A stretch of DNA of 59,206 nt, the filler included, from Sphacelaria rigidula (Eukaryota): NCBI GenBank assembly GCA_964200075.2. It is 8 parts of 8 records of this genome, joined end to end, with 100 filler letters (N's around TTAATTAATTAA, not from the genome) between each part and the next. Parts side by side here need not be neighbours in the genome. Positions count along the whole stretch, not along the records: positions 44,481 to 51,793 come from CAXNAA020015493.1; positions 51,894 to 59,206 come from CAXNAA020015494.1; 6 more parts are not named here. One strand, 5' to 3'. Positions within the stretch are counted from its first letter, which is position 1. Every line of letters starts with the position of its first letter. The notes beneath the pieces were generated by a model. The model saw only the letters and a program-made list of their open reading frames with translations. It was not told the origin of the DNA and did no database searches. Positions 47,927 to 59,206 of this stretch are shown in pieces. The position numbers and the translations under genes were made by a program.

Positions 47927-50900
47927 ATGTTCATAAATAGTAAATAGCCCCTGCTATTGTAGCAGCGACACCGCCCTGCCGGCTACGCTGTCTACAGACG
48001 TATGTGTCACGTTTGCAGTGATCGGCACCGGTGGCGTTCCGACGTTGCGTGGTGATTGGGGGGTTTATATTATGCTTGATATTCTCCACGAGAACAGAAG
48101 CTGTGTGGGGACCAGATGGATCCCTGGATAGCTCCCGCTTTCGCAAAGGTAGCCGCATCATTCTGTTCCGACAACCCTGCTGCCCACAGACTCGTGTGTC
48201 GCAGTTGCAACGGTTAACGTTGAAAGTTATTCAGCAAGGCGGGATGACTTGAGGTGGCCCAGACTGGAACCGATGGCGTCTGTACTTGGTCGTCGGGCGT
48301 TCTGAGAGCGTTTCGATATCTGGCACGGACGGCAATGATAATTAGTTCTGAACATCAACATGTTCCCCACAACGACCAACAGCTGATCACCACAGCCGAT
48401 CTACGGAGAGGTGCTGTATATCATAACTCAAGCTTCGCACCCTGACACTTGAAATTATTTACTGCGAAATATACCGGGAATCTCGAGTTTGACATACCTT
48501 TCATGCGGTTGAAACGTGAGCCGCGAGGTGTCCACGAACCCCCGGACAGTGCTCAATTCCTCTCGGGGTAAATTCAACAACCTTTACGGTAGCTATCAGT
48601 CACGTGTGATGGTATGCTTGTTTTCGCTTCGATCCGTCGAGAACTGAGGTTACAAGTCGCAATGACTGTGAGAAAAACAGGAAGATCAGGACGGATCGTT
48701 GAAAACAATGCAGTGCATTCGATTCAGTCCTGGTGAGACTGATGGTCCCGCGTGCCCCCGCCGTGCGGAACACGCACTTTTGCTCAAGTGGACACTTTCT
48801 CCTCCACTATACTGATGTATGCACCTCCTGAGCCCGAAAAGTGCTGATGCATTTGGTTCGGGCTATGGTTAGCTTCTGCACTCGCCAATACCTCTTAAAT
48901 TACATACCGGAAAAAAAATGCATTTATAAATAAATGATGGCGAGGAGTTGGCTCATGTCGAATTACTCAGATTGTTCTAGTGGGTGAACATGTTGTTGCG
49001 CGCCCGCTGCAGCACTATACTGTACTCAGTACTCCCTTATTCTGGACAAGAGACGTGCGAGCGTGTCCGGAGTACAGCACAACTTCGGCGCCGAAGTCAT
49101 GCACTGTGAATTTCGAAGCATGTATACGGGAAGGCGAAATCTCTCTGACGAAAGGTATCGACTGGCACTCCCAGCCCACAAAACATTATGCCTGTCAACC
49201 TGCAGTCATAGTTACAGTATGAAAACTACCGGCAGTCAAAAGGTTGGTCCAAGTTCACACTACCGCGAGTATTTTGCTGTAGCGCCTGTACGGTTGTCAA
49301 TATTTCTGTACTGCTCTATGCTGTACGGACAGAAGTGCGGTATATGCTATGCCCACAACGCCAAGCTGAGGGATTTCACAGTTCGATGCATGTGCGATGA
49401 GCAGAATAGAGTGGAGTCATCTGCGGTATTGCATGCACTGTGTTCGCATGCCAAGGTGCACTGCAACATTCAGCACCTGGCATAGGCCCAATCCAAAGGG
49501 TATGAATCCAGCAGCTAGAGCCATACCCTTTGGCCCAATCGACACTGTTTCCCCACATATCTAATGAATTTTCAGGGTTTTCGTACTACGCATTCAGACT
49601 TCTCCGAGAACGAAGCGGCTTGATTTTTTCTCCGAAGCTTCATCTTTTTCAAGTCCGAAAACTTCGGACTGCAACGCAGCACTTCGGAGAGCTGCCCTGT
49701 GAAGACGCCGTGGCGTTCGCACGCATTTGAGGATCATCAGGTACTTTGCCAGTGCGACACTCTCGGAGATCCCCGAAAAACAGTGTCGATAATATCGGGC
49801 CTTTTTCTACGCACCGCCAGGTAAGAAGTGCGGGTGAGGGGCGCTGCTACTCGCACACCCGTATCATCACAGGGATTTACAGCGTATTATTGCGGATGGG
49901 TCTTGATCGAGGATAAACCTTGGGGAACTTCAAAGGCATCAAAATGCTTTCGGAGTAAAGATGTAAAGGTGCTCGCCGGTCGTGGTGTATGGCCTCGCTC
50001 ATCCTCAAAACAATCCATCCGTGTATTATCAATCCCGTGTTGCCATCGAACAACTTCGACCTCTTTCCGTTTATTCCCGTACAAAACCTGTCATTATTTG
50101 CCAGAATGACCCGTTTGTACTCGTACAAATTGTGGATGGATTATTTTGCAGGACGAGATCACGCATCACCGAGGCTGTGCTCATCTATGCCCTCGTTCGA
50201 CCACTCGTATAGCTGTGATCAAATATACTGAAAAAAAAATAAAGCTGGCTGAGGATCTGCTGGTATTGCCGTTGTAGCCTGTACCTTTCCTGTTGATACT
50301 ACAGCAGTGGGCGGTCTAACTAATCATTAAATTTTGTGGCATTTTGTGATTTTTCGTAATCGGCCGTGCTCTCGGGCTATTTTTGCTTGCCACCGCTTAT
50401 CACATTGGGGATTTGAAGATATTTGTATCCGCTCCACATTCCAAGAAAAAAATCATACTCACTCGATACTGAATGACCCACGGGCTGACCGGTCATCGGG
50501 GTTCCTGCCACGTTTCAGCCCAGATTCTCACTCTTTGGTATTTTCTGTCGATCGAGCCTGTCCCGATCATATTTGTGAAGAAATGTGAAGTTTATTTTTT
50601 TGAAATAATACCTACCCATTGCACTAGAGCCGAAAACCTGTGTTTCACGGTCAATAACATCCTCCTGATAAACGGGGGTTTGACTCGTCTCGCCCGACGA
50701 CAACAGCTAACACTGACTTGGACACTGTAGTTTGAGGATGATCTGTTTATTGTACGAAAATATACCGACGCTAACAATTTCGATTTCTATTGACGAGTAG
50801 TACGCGAGGAAAACCCTAAAACACCCCTGAATAGTTGACCGCCCACTAAATCATTGCAAGGTATGGTACGGATCCTCCCCGCCCCCTTCGTCCCCCCCGG

Positions 50901-51542
50901 TGAAAACACTTTTTTTGCTGCACGTTTCCGAGGTTCATCCTCAGAAAAAATCCATCCGCAGTTTGTGAAATCCCGTCTTTCGTAACGTGCGATTGCGTTG
51001 TTGCGCTGTCCTTCTTCGCGGCCGTGAATCTGCTTTCGGGCTTCAACTCTCACCGGCTTTCCTGCCACCGTAAGCTACAGAGCTCGTAGTAGTAGGTTTC
51101 TAACCCGTTGCAATGTATATCTTCCTGGCGGGTTTTGAGGGCATGTGGTTACTGTAGTGTTCGCTGCGAGCTGTTTTACGGTGTAGCGTCGCACGAGCCC
51201 GTTACAGAAAGTGGGAACTGCAGCCGTGGCTGCACGTGACCTAGAGGACTGATGATGCAAACGTCTCCCCTTTATGGGGTGTCATCATCACTACCACTGC
51301 CTTCGGTCAAGACACTGCGTATCAAGGTTCTTTCTGCTTATGAGACATCATTTTTTTTGCTCTGTACTTTCCTCTTCTTTTCCTCCTTTTTTTGTTTTCG
51401 GTCGGCCATTTCTTTCTTCTGTGCTTTGCTTGTATTGACTTTTTTATTACTTTTTTTGTTACGACTTGATCTGCTTATTGTTCGGTTCGCCTTTTTTTCT
51501 GTTCCTTCTTTTCTTCAGAGCGTGTGTCAGTTTCGTTTTATT

Positions 51543-51624
51543 GGGTACGTCTATCTTGAGACCACGGCTGGACCCCTGGGGGATCAGTTGAGGTGCGACA
51601 ATCAATCAACCAATCAATCAATCA
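51543..51624 (+). mobile_element. (CAAT)n-tailed 3' end, copy F, with a long T-rich upstream region from ~51345
   Basis: GGGTACGTCTATCTTGAGACCACGGCTGGACCCCTGGGGGATCAGTTGAGGTGCGA(CAAT)n. Confidence 0.85.
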
Positions 51625-51710
51625 TGTCAACGTTATGTTGCAGGGAAGATACGAAAGAGTAACACAGAGCGAAAGTATCTTCCTCCCCCAAACTCCGCAG
51701 GAGGACTTGA

Positions 51711-51793
51711 CCGTCAGACCGCGAGAGTAGGTCACCTGCTGAATCGGCATCAATATTCACTTGGAAAAAGTACACGCGTGGTCCAGATGGACT
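51711..51793. mobile_element. Diverged, truncated copy of the piggyBac-like MITE
   Basis: AGACCGCGAG...CTG.TGAATCGGCATCAAT...TGGAAAAAGTA..CG matches 58565-58662. Confidence 0.6.
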
Positions 51794-51893
51794 NNNNNNN
51801 NNNNNNNNNNNNNNNNNNNNNNNNNNNNNNNNNNNNNTTAATTAATTAANNNNNNNNNNNNNNNNNNNNNNNNNNNNNNNNNNNNNNNNNNNN
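51794..51893. other. Artificial contig spacer
   Basis: N44-TTAATTAATTAA-N44. Confidence 0.98.
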
Positions 51894-53745
51894 AAACTGT
51901 TCTACAGTATATCGGAACGGTTGGCATAGAAAGCGTAGTGCCACCTGCATCGATTCCAGTTCCCAACAACTACAAACAAGCATCTTCTTCACCTTTCGCA
52001 ACAAAATGGAGAGCAGCCATTTTGGACGAACTCCGCAGCATTCAAGACCATCGCGTGGTCGGCACTATTCCAGCTGGAGAAGTTCCGCCGAACAACAACA
52101 TAATTGGTACAAGATGGGTCTACAAGGTCAAAGCCGACGGACGATTCAAGGCCCGACTAGTTGTACAGGGTTGGGCACAACGACACGGCTTCGACTGCGG
52201 GAGCTCTTTCGCACCAGTCTGCCGCCTGGAGAGTCAGCGAATCCTCCCTGCGATTGCAACTGCGAAAAACTGGCCAATAATTGCCCTCGATGTTCAAACA
52301 GCCTTTTGGAATGGAAAGCTACAGGAGACAGTATTTTGCAAGCAGCCACCTGGATTTGAGACAACGGACCCTACTACCGGACAACCACATGTGATGCTTT
52401 TGCGCCGGGCCCTTTACGGTCTGCGTCAGAGTCCCAATGTATGGAACGCAACGGTAGCCTCCGAGTGGAGAAAAATCGGCTTCACTGCTACTGCGAGCGA
52501 TCCCTGCGTCTATACGAGAGGACACGATGATAAATACGTCATGCTTACGCTGTTTGTGGATGACATCCTTCTCGCCGGACCTTCGATCAAGCTTCTTCAG
52601 GATCTTCAAGATAAACAAAAGAAGGAATTCTCCATTTCAGAGCTTGGGCCAGTGTCCCTTATCCTCGGCATGGAGATAACGAGGGATACAGAACAGTGAA
52701 CACTCAAATTATCTCAGCACAAGTACGTCCTCTTCTTACTTCAAAAATTCAAGATGGAGTCTTGTAATTCAGTGCATACACCAGGGATCATTAATAATAC
52801 ACTTCCAGCTTTGGAGGAACATCTACTGGATCTTCAAGGGATGAAGCAGTACCAAGCTATGGTGGGAAGCTTGATCTTTCTATCCCAGTGCACGAGATTC
52901 GATATAGCCTTCAGCGTTACTCAGGTCGCCCGCTACATGAGCAAACCTACCACGGAGCACATGGCAGCTGTCAAACGTATTTTTCGCTATCTGAAAGGTA
53001 CACCGGATCTGCCCATCGTCTACCGCAGTTCAAGAAAAAACTTGGAACTGAAAGGTTTCGCAGATTCGTCATATGGGAATGAAGGTCTTGGAGGGAAAAT
53101 GAGATCAACATCTGGGACCATGTTTTTTTCTAGCGAACGGATATACATTTTTCTTCGAGTCTACAACGGATAACAGCCTCTTCTACAACCGAAGCTGAAC
53201 TTATAGCACTGGTAAGAGGAGGAAAATTCGGTACATACCTTTTCAATCTTCTTGGAGAGCATGGGTGATCTCTGCGGCCTCCAACGATTTTTTCCGATTC
53301 ACAAGGCGCCCTCCACCTCTCTTCGAACGCGAACTACAGAAATAAGAGCAAACATCTGGCGATTAGGTTCTACAGCCTCAAGGACCTCATCAACACGGAC
53401 CAGCTAATCGTCAACTATGTCAGGACTAGTCATCAGTTGGCCGACATACTCACAAAATATTGTGAAAAGGCAACACACCGGCGACTTCTTAATGCAGTCG
53501 CCGATTTCGGAAAGTGACTCTACCAACGGAGGAAACAGACGCTCGTCATTAACAAGGATGACGAACTGACCGACGTGCGTCATTACTAGTACGTCATTTT
53601 CAAAGGGAGCGTATCAACTTTCGTATGTCAAACACTTCAACAAAGCAGGGCTGGGACTACCACCAACGCACACCCAGTCACAACTCTCAAAACACATCTC
53701 CTATCTTCATCTACCAGCATACATCACTACTTCCTTTCTTCAACA

Positions 53746-54367
53746 ATGAGTGGGTCACGCAACGTCTCCAACAACATCAACAACACCAACAGCACCAACA
53801 ACAACCGCGGAAGAGCTCCTCGCAATAATCGCCGGCACGTGATTCACGATGGTGTCAATAACAGAAACAGCCGTCACTCTCGCCAACAAGCGATGAGACA
53901 CCTCGGAATCACACCACGCGCGAGAGCTCGCCTTCACGATATGGCCGCCGCAGGGACCAGACAGACCATTACAGGAACCAGCATCAACTGGGGGTGCAGG
54001 AAGCAGCACGTACAGCAGGTGGGAGTGCCTGGACAAACCTGGGACGCAAGGAGGAGGATGGCGAACGACCTGCGCGCCTACGGCTTTTGCGACAAGAGCG
54101 AGTACGCCACGATTTTTTATTTGTTTCACTTCATTGAGACAACTGTATTCAATCACGGATATCATGTTCTTTTTTGATCCGAGAATTCTGAATTTTTTGG
54201 TAGGGGCATGGATGCATGAAAACCCGGATGATTTCGATGTTTTAATCCTAAGAAGGGTATATCTTTCTCTGGCAATGACGCTATCAGAAGTTGTCTCCCC
54301 TTTTATACTGTACCCGCCAGAATTGTCCAAGTACGGTAGAGATTTAAGAGTGTCCAGGGGATTTTAA
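53746..54367 (+). CDS. Extra ORF downstream of copia pol (~206 aa when a one-base shift at 54170-54175 is corrected); Asn/Arg-rich N-terminus, unknown function
   Basis: CAACAATG start. ORF 53746-54177 continues in the +1 frame (DPRILNFLVGAWMHENPDDFD...SRGF*) across CTT TTT TGA. Confidence 0.5.
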
Positions 54368-54615
54368 GTCCCGAGTGTGCAGTGTTAATATATGAGTACT
54401 CTCTCTTGATCTAAGGTTGTTGAGTATCAGAGTACGTGTGCTTGATATTTGCATACTGGGTGAAGTGCTGCATCTTTTGGGAAAACCATTTAGGCTACAG
54501 GCACCGAAATTTTGATGTCATGCAAATAGCCCGAGTACCTATGTCTAGGGATGAAATTCCACCAGTGACGGTATTTCTTCAAGTAAACGTATACACCTGT
54601 ACGCATAATAATCAG

Positions 54616-54742
54616 GCTGATTTATACATATCAGCTCAGCGTATCTTGGTTGATTCTTTGGTTTGATTTGAGCTGAGTTTTACCCATCAGTACAGCGTAC
54701 CCTGTGGCTGATTTTTTACACATCAGTACAGTGCGCTTGTGG
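54616..54742 (+). repeat. Three ~35-bp units just upstream of the putative PPT
   Basis: GCTGA(T/G)TT...CA(TA)TCAG(T/C)..AG(C/T)G at ~54616, ~54671 and ~54707. Confidence 0.7.
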
Positions 54743-56089
54743 TACTCTTTGTTCATTTGTCTAGTTCACGATTTGATTGAAATTTGATTTGCTACCCACG
54801 TACAACTCAAGGGAGTGTGTTGCAAATCTATACAGCCAAACAATCTAGCTGTATATCTTCCGTGTGTGAGTTTTTTACTCTGTAGCAGATGAGCGGGTCA
54901 ATACGTCTCGGTTCGACTAGGAACCACCCAATATTGACCAAAGGTTCAAGTGCTGGTTTTTCTGTAGATACTTGAGTTCAATGTCCTGTCAGATTTTCCA
55001 CGNNNNNNNNNNCTTGTATAACAAGGCAGTGTGCTGCCATTGTTTGAGAGTGCTGTAGCTTGAGTAAGAATCCAGTCTGTGAGCTGGCATATCAACACGT
55101 CAGAGTCAAGGACGCGTTTTAGTCTACGTACGTGTAGAGCTTTGTTTTTTGCTCCAAGGATTGATCAATGGTAGTCGGTGGTCCTCACCGCCCTCTACAG
55201 TCACTCTCCTTCACTACCATCAGTTCTCCGCTTTGAGAGGAAACTGCGAGTTCTGCTTTTCTTGGCCAAATAAGCGCCCAATCAACCATTAACCTCACTG
55301 ATTTTATTCTGAAGCTACGGAAGCAAGTGGTCTAATCAACCACGGTGCAACCTGTGCATACTACTGTTCGCTGAACAGTAGTTGGCCTGTCGTAAGGACA
55401 GTGCCACGACCACAAATTATTCCAACAAAATTAAGCTCAAACACCCGGAATTAAGCTATACTTCATTAGCGCATACGGAGCAGAAGCTTCATTCCTCGTG
55501 AAATTTCAAAATGTTTCGATATTCCCGTGTCTAGCATCATATGCGATAGTATTAGTATAGAGAGAGGGTTGTTGCCCTAACATGAGGCTCACAAGTACCT
55601 CAACATACAATTCGTGGTCACACACAAAAGCAGCGGCTTGAGCCATCTTGTGCTTTATTCAAAACTGGTCTCACAGTAAATGCATACAGAGCCAAACTTG
55701 ATCTCAGGCGGTGGGAGAAACCAACTCATCTCTAGGACAATACAAACGAATGAGCCTTTGGCCACATGCAGGGGCTCACCAGTAGGGACTCAGCTGGCCA
55801 ATAGAAGAAAGAGAGTGTTATTCACAGGTCGTCGCCTAGGTTCAAAACCAGAGTGAGAGAAGCCTCAACCGATCTCAGAGAGGCTCATCTTACACAGCTG
55901 TCATCTACCATACCTGGGACCAAAAATGGATCCGAAACATGCCGAGTAATATGCTCAAAACAAGGAACACAATGAACGCCCGTTGTGGCTCATGACCGGT
56001 AGATTCGCCCCTTACGATCTGCCGAGCACCGGTTGATGCTCTGGGGGACGATGAAGACTAAACATCCAAATCTCAAATGAACATCGTGC

Positions 56090-56730
56090 ACTGTACACAG
56101 CTTACAGCAACCATGAGCTACATCCTGAACCCGTGACCATCCGAACATATTTTATGTTCACATCTATCCGATAGAACTACTAGTATAATGCTCGAGAACC
56201 GTTGCTCCAAATACCATAGCACATAGCACTGCTGACACACTCCATCATCGTCTTGACCATTCTCCAATCTTTCCTCTGATCCCAGTTTCCCACAACGTTT
56301 CTCATTGCCCGTTTCTCCGCACTGTGTCGCAGCCATTTTGTACGTCCTGAAAGAAACAGTACATTATCATCCCAGCGTCTTACCCACCTTGAACAATCTT
56401 CCCTGATTATGTACACATATGGTCTACGCAACTACGGTTTGGTCTCAAACCCTCTTGCCCCTTGTTGTTCTTTTCTTCTTTTTCTAGTATCGTTCACACT
56501 CTTTTGTTCGGAATCTTACAAAATGTTTTTCTATGGTGCTCAATAGCGTCATTTCTCTAAAACGTCCCTGGGTCGGCCTTGCCTCCTTTCCTGAAGAGGT
56601 CAACTACTATTCCTTCTCTTTACCTCTTGGGTGTGTACTCGTGTCCCCAGATCCAGTCAGTTGTACAGCACAGCCATCATGGTGTTCATTCCCTCTCCTC
56701 CGTGCTTTAGAAAACCGCTTGCTATTTCGT
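56090..56730 (-). mobile_element. Very degenerate LINE reverse transcriptase fragment
   Basis: Across frames: REMTLLSTIEKTFCKI, CFFQDVQNGCDTVRRNG, LWETGIRGK, QDVAHGC, matching NYR.ITLLS, FLDVQKAYDTV and QGV.QGC. Confidence 0.7.
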
Positions 56731-58040
56731 CTGCCCCTGCTGCCTTTCTATTCTTGAGTTTAGCTACGCACTCCTTCACTTCGTCTCTGGTTACTGGGCC
56801 TGAAAATCACGTCAGTTTCACACATTAACACCTGCGGCGGGTCGGAGGGTTTTTGTCTACGCCGTAGGATGAAGCACTCTGTACCTACGGAGCAATAGAA
56901 CATCCTCTCTGCCCGCGTGTTCACGGTCTGCATTTCTCGGGTTACAGTTAGGGTTAGTTAGGGTTGAATTGCAGTTAGATCAGCCTATTAAAGATGCAGA
57001 TATTGTGAAGAGAGTAGCTGCAGACGAAATTAAACCTGTGAGCGCCGTGGGTGTTCATTTGTTGACGGCATCTGTCTTTGGTAAAATCGCCATCATTTAT
57101 ATCCGTAATGGCCTGAAAGTGACGCCAATTCTACAGATGAACACTTCCGGCGGTCAACGTGTTTGAATCGGTGCCGTAGCACTGCGTACCCTGGGACTGC
57201 GAGAGCCATATAACACCCTCGATGCCTGGAAGTTTCGTGATCTGCCTCTGTCGGGTTACGGTCGGGGCTAGGGTTAGACTGTAGGTGGGTCAGTCGATAA
57301 TATATTCAGATATTATGGAGAGAGGGGCTAAAAACGAAATTCAGTCCTTCGATCGCCTCTTGTTGAATCAACATCATTTTCGACCTGTTTCAAGTAAAAA
57401 TGATGCCGGAAACTCCGACAGATGACGGAGCAACAGGCTGCGTCATATTCCGAGAAGGGAAGCGTGAGATTCGCTAGTAAATAGTGGTAGCTACTGGCAT
57501 GAAGGAGAAGCAAGCGGCTAGCGAATTAATTGGTCCCAAAGTGACAGCTTCCCTGAGAGAATGCAAACGAGAGTGTGTTAGAGTGTGTCAGAGTAGTCGC
57601 TAGTGCCGAAATCACAAAAATTATGATTTTCGAACAAATAAAATTCCGCGACGAAAGGGCAAATTCCGAGAAGAGAAACGGAAAAGTGCGGTTGTATCAC
57701 AGAGAACGGAAGACTGAAATATTGACATCTGGTGCGTCGGGGTGTAGGGAAAGGCTGCGCTGTCGTGCGTTGCAAAATAACACGTGTGCGAAGGGAAAAC
57801 GTTGAAAGATCTCAATGCGTATTAGAACGGTACAAAGTTTTGGCGCTTCGTGCCACCGCTCAAATCGAGCGATTCCAAGGCAAAGGGTGATAGAGGTGAA
57901 TGTTCCAATTGAGGTACAGTTAAGGCACCTGACGGGAAAACCTGCGGTTTGTGTAAACCACGATAAGTAGAATAATGCCCAGAAAATCGGAGAGAGACTA
58001 TTTAATCCTCTATCACCTTGGCATTTCAAAATTCAAAAAT

Positions 58041-58140
58041 GTACGTCTATCATGAGACCACGGCTGGAACCCTAGGGGGTCAGTGAAAGTGCGACAATCA
58101 ATCAATCAACCAACCAACCAACCAATCAGTCAATCAGTCA
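58041..58140 (+). mobile_element. (CAAT/CAAC)n-tailed 3' end, copy G
   Basis: GTACGTCTATCATGAGACCACGGCTGGAACCCTAGGGGGTCAGTGAAAGTGCGA(CAAT)n(CAAC)n. Confidence 0.85.
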
Positions 58141-58564
58141 AACCAAGTTGCAGAAATAGATGTGGAGTATGACTCTATTGACGTCACAAATGCGGCCAAA
58201 ATACCCTCTGTTTCGATGACGGTACACTTTACGCAGCAGTTGATTTCTCGCAACCTCAGACGTCTCGGATCTTCTCCTTTGATGCAAATGTTTATAAGAA
58301 CAGTGCGGTCCGTTTCAATATAAAAAAAGGGAACACAAATCTTATGCGGGGATGAAAATCGCCAATCCCTTGGTTTTTGGAACAAATTTCACCATCAAGT
58401 CGGTTGGCAACGCCGTCCTCGACTAAAACTATATGTATATACATTTCCGAACCCATTGAAACAAGTTCTGATTATTATCTTTGTTCTTTTATTCCTTTTT
58501 TAACCCATCAAAATACGTTTTGACAGTCATCTCCCAAAATTTGGTGTTCATGGGTTACGATTAA

Positions 58565-58662
58565 CCCTTAGACCGCAAGGTTAGTCTTCTGTTGAAGCGG
58601 CATCAATTTCAAGTGGGAAAAAGTATGCATGATCCAGAAAGACTAATCTCGCGGTCTAAGGG
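58565..58662. mobile_element. 98-bp piggyBac-like MITE, reverse orientation relative to 16936-17032
   Basis: TTAA at left and TTCA at right; TIRs CCCTTAGACCGC(A/G)AG. Confidence 0.85.
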
Positions 58663-59206
58663 TTCAGGTACTATCACGCACGTTGAGTGATGCTCCCTAA
58701 TCCCCAGAAATCGACAATGACTACGAAAATGGAACACCTAGAGCCAGGACGTTTCAGGTATTTTCCTTCTGCACAAACCTTTACGCATCGCAATACATCA
58801 CAATTTATTACAATGCATCACTTTCCGGCACCGAAGAGGGGAAATAGTTCATTCGGGAATAAAATTTGCCTCTCCCCGGATTTCCGGAACAAATTTGAGC
58901 GTTCTTCTCCGTGTTTGGCCACGCCGAACTCGACGAACACGTTTGTAGATCTCTATGCTTTCTGTTTGTTTAGAGCTACCCAACCAAGTGGAATTAGTTT
59001 CGACATAATTCTCGCAAAAGTTGGTGTTCGGTGGATGTGACTGAGTTACAATGAATCAAGTTTGCTGCCCCCCCGCCCCCCCGCCCCCCCTTCCTGGTTA
59101 GAAGCCCATGAGGCAGTGTAAAAGTCGTGGCTGTGTCTGAAAGTGGCAATACCACAGGATAAAGCAACTCATTGTTGGCTGTCATCTAAATGCAAGACAA
59201 TCAGTA

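Larger units (their letters stand above)
51894..55002 (+). mobile_element. 3' half of a Ty1/copia element: RT, RNase H (stop 53515-53517), 1.3-kb post-pol region, putative PPT (~54809-54815) and 3' LTR from 54818
   Basis: IGTRWVYKVK, KARLVVQG, LDVQTAF, ALYGLRQSP, LFVDDIL, TRFDIAF, FADSSY, STTEAEL, QLADILTK; AAGGGAG-TG-TGTTGC junction (LTR boundary inferred). Confidence 0.9.

Noticed and set aside
48000-51300. Scattered exon-like pieces (e.g. 49741-49820, 49873-49968; also 35122-35261)
   Set aside because: They could not be joined into a consistent reading frame or assigned to any family.
7315-51893. Regularly spaced TTAATTAATTAA palindromes as a biological periodic array
   Set aside because: They sit inside fixed N44 pads; this is an artificial six-frame-stop linker.

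Overview
This is eukaryotic, transposon-rich DNA, not a continuous locus. It consists of eight unrelated scaffolds of 7313-7314 bp (1-7314, 7415-14728, 14829-22141, 22242-29554, 29655-36967, 37068-44380, 44481-51793, 51894-59206) joined by an artificial 100-nt N44-TTAATTAATTAA-N44 spacer. A stramenopile or brown-algal source is inferred from spliceosomal GT-AG exons, a candidate WSC-domain exon and a candidate bipartite plastid presequence. Mobile content: three degenerate Ty1/copia pieces, a Ty3/gypsy 5' half, several RTE-like LINE fragments, a CRE-like LINE with a restriction-like endonuclease, and non-autonomous DNA elements with PIF/Harbinger-, Sola-, piggyBac- and Ginger-like ends. A few host or transposase exons are also present. 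The most unusual signals are: (1) a tail-less non-LTR retroelement found at poly(C)/poly(G) tracts, mostly as uniform ~65-nt copies with a GNRA hairpin, one with a perfect 15-bp TSD; (2) a copia element with an extra Asn/Arg-rich ORF between pol and the 3' LTR; (3) a ~280-nt miRNA-precursor-like foldback; (4) a 2.1-kb array of quasi-palindromic ~21-bp units; (5) a degenerate spliced Zisupton/MULE-like transposase candidate. All family assignments come from motif recognition by eye; no database search was run.
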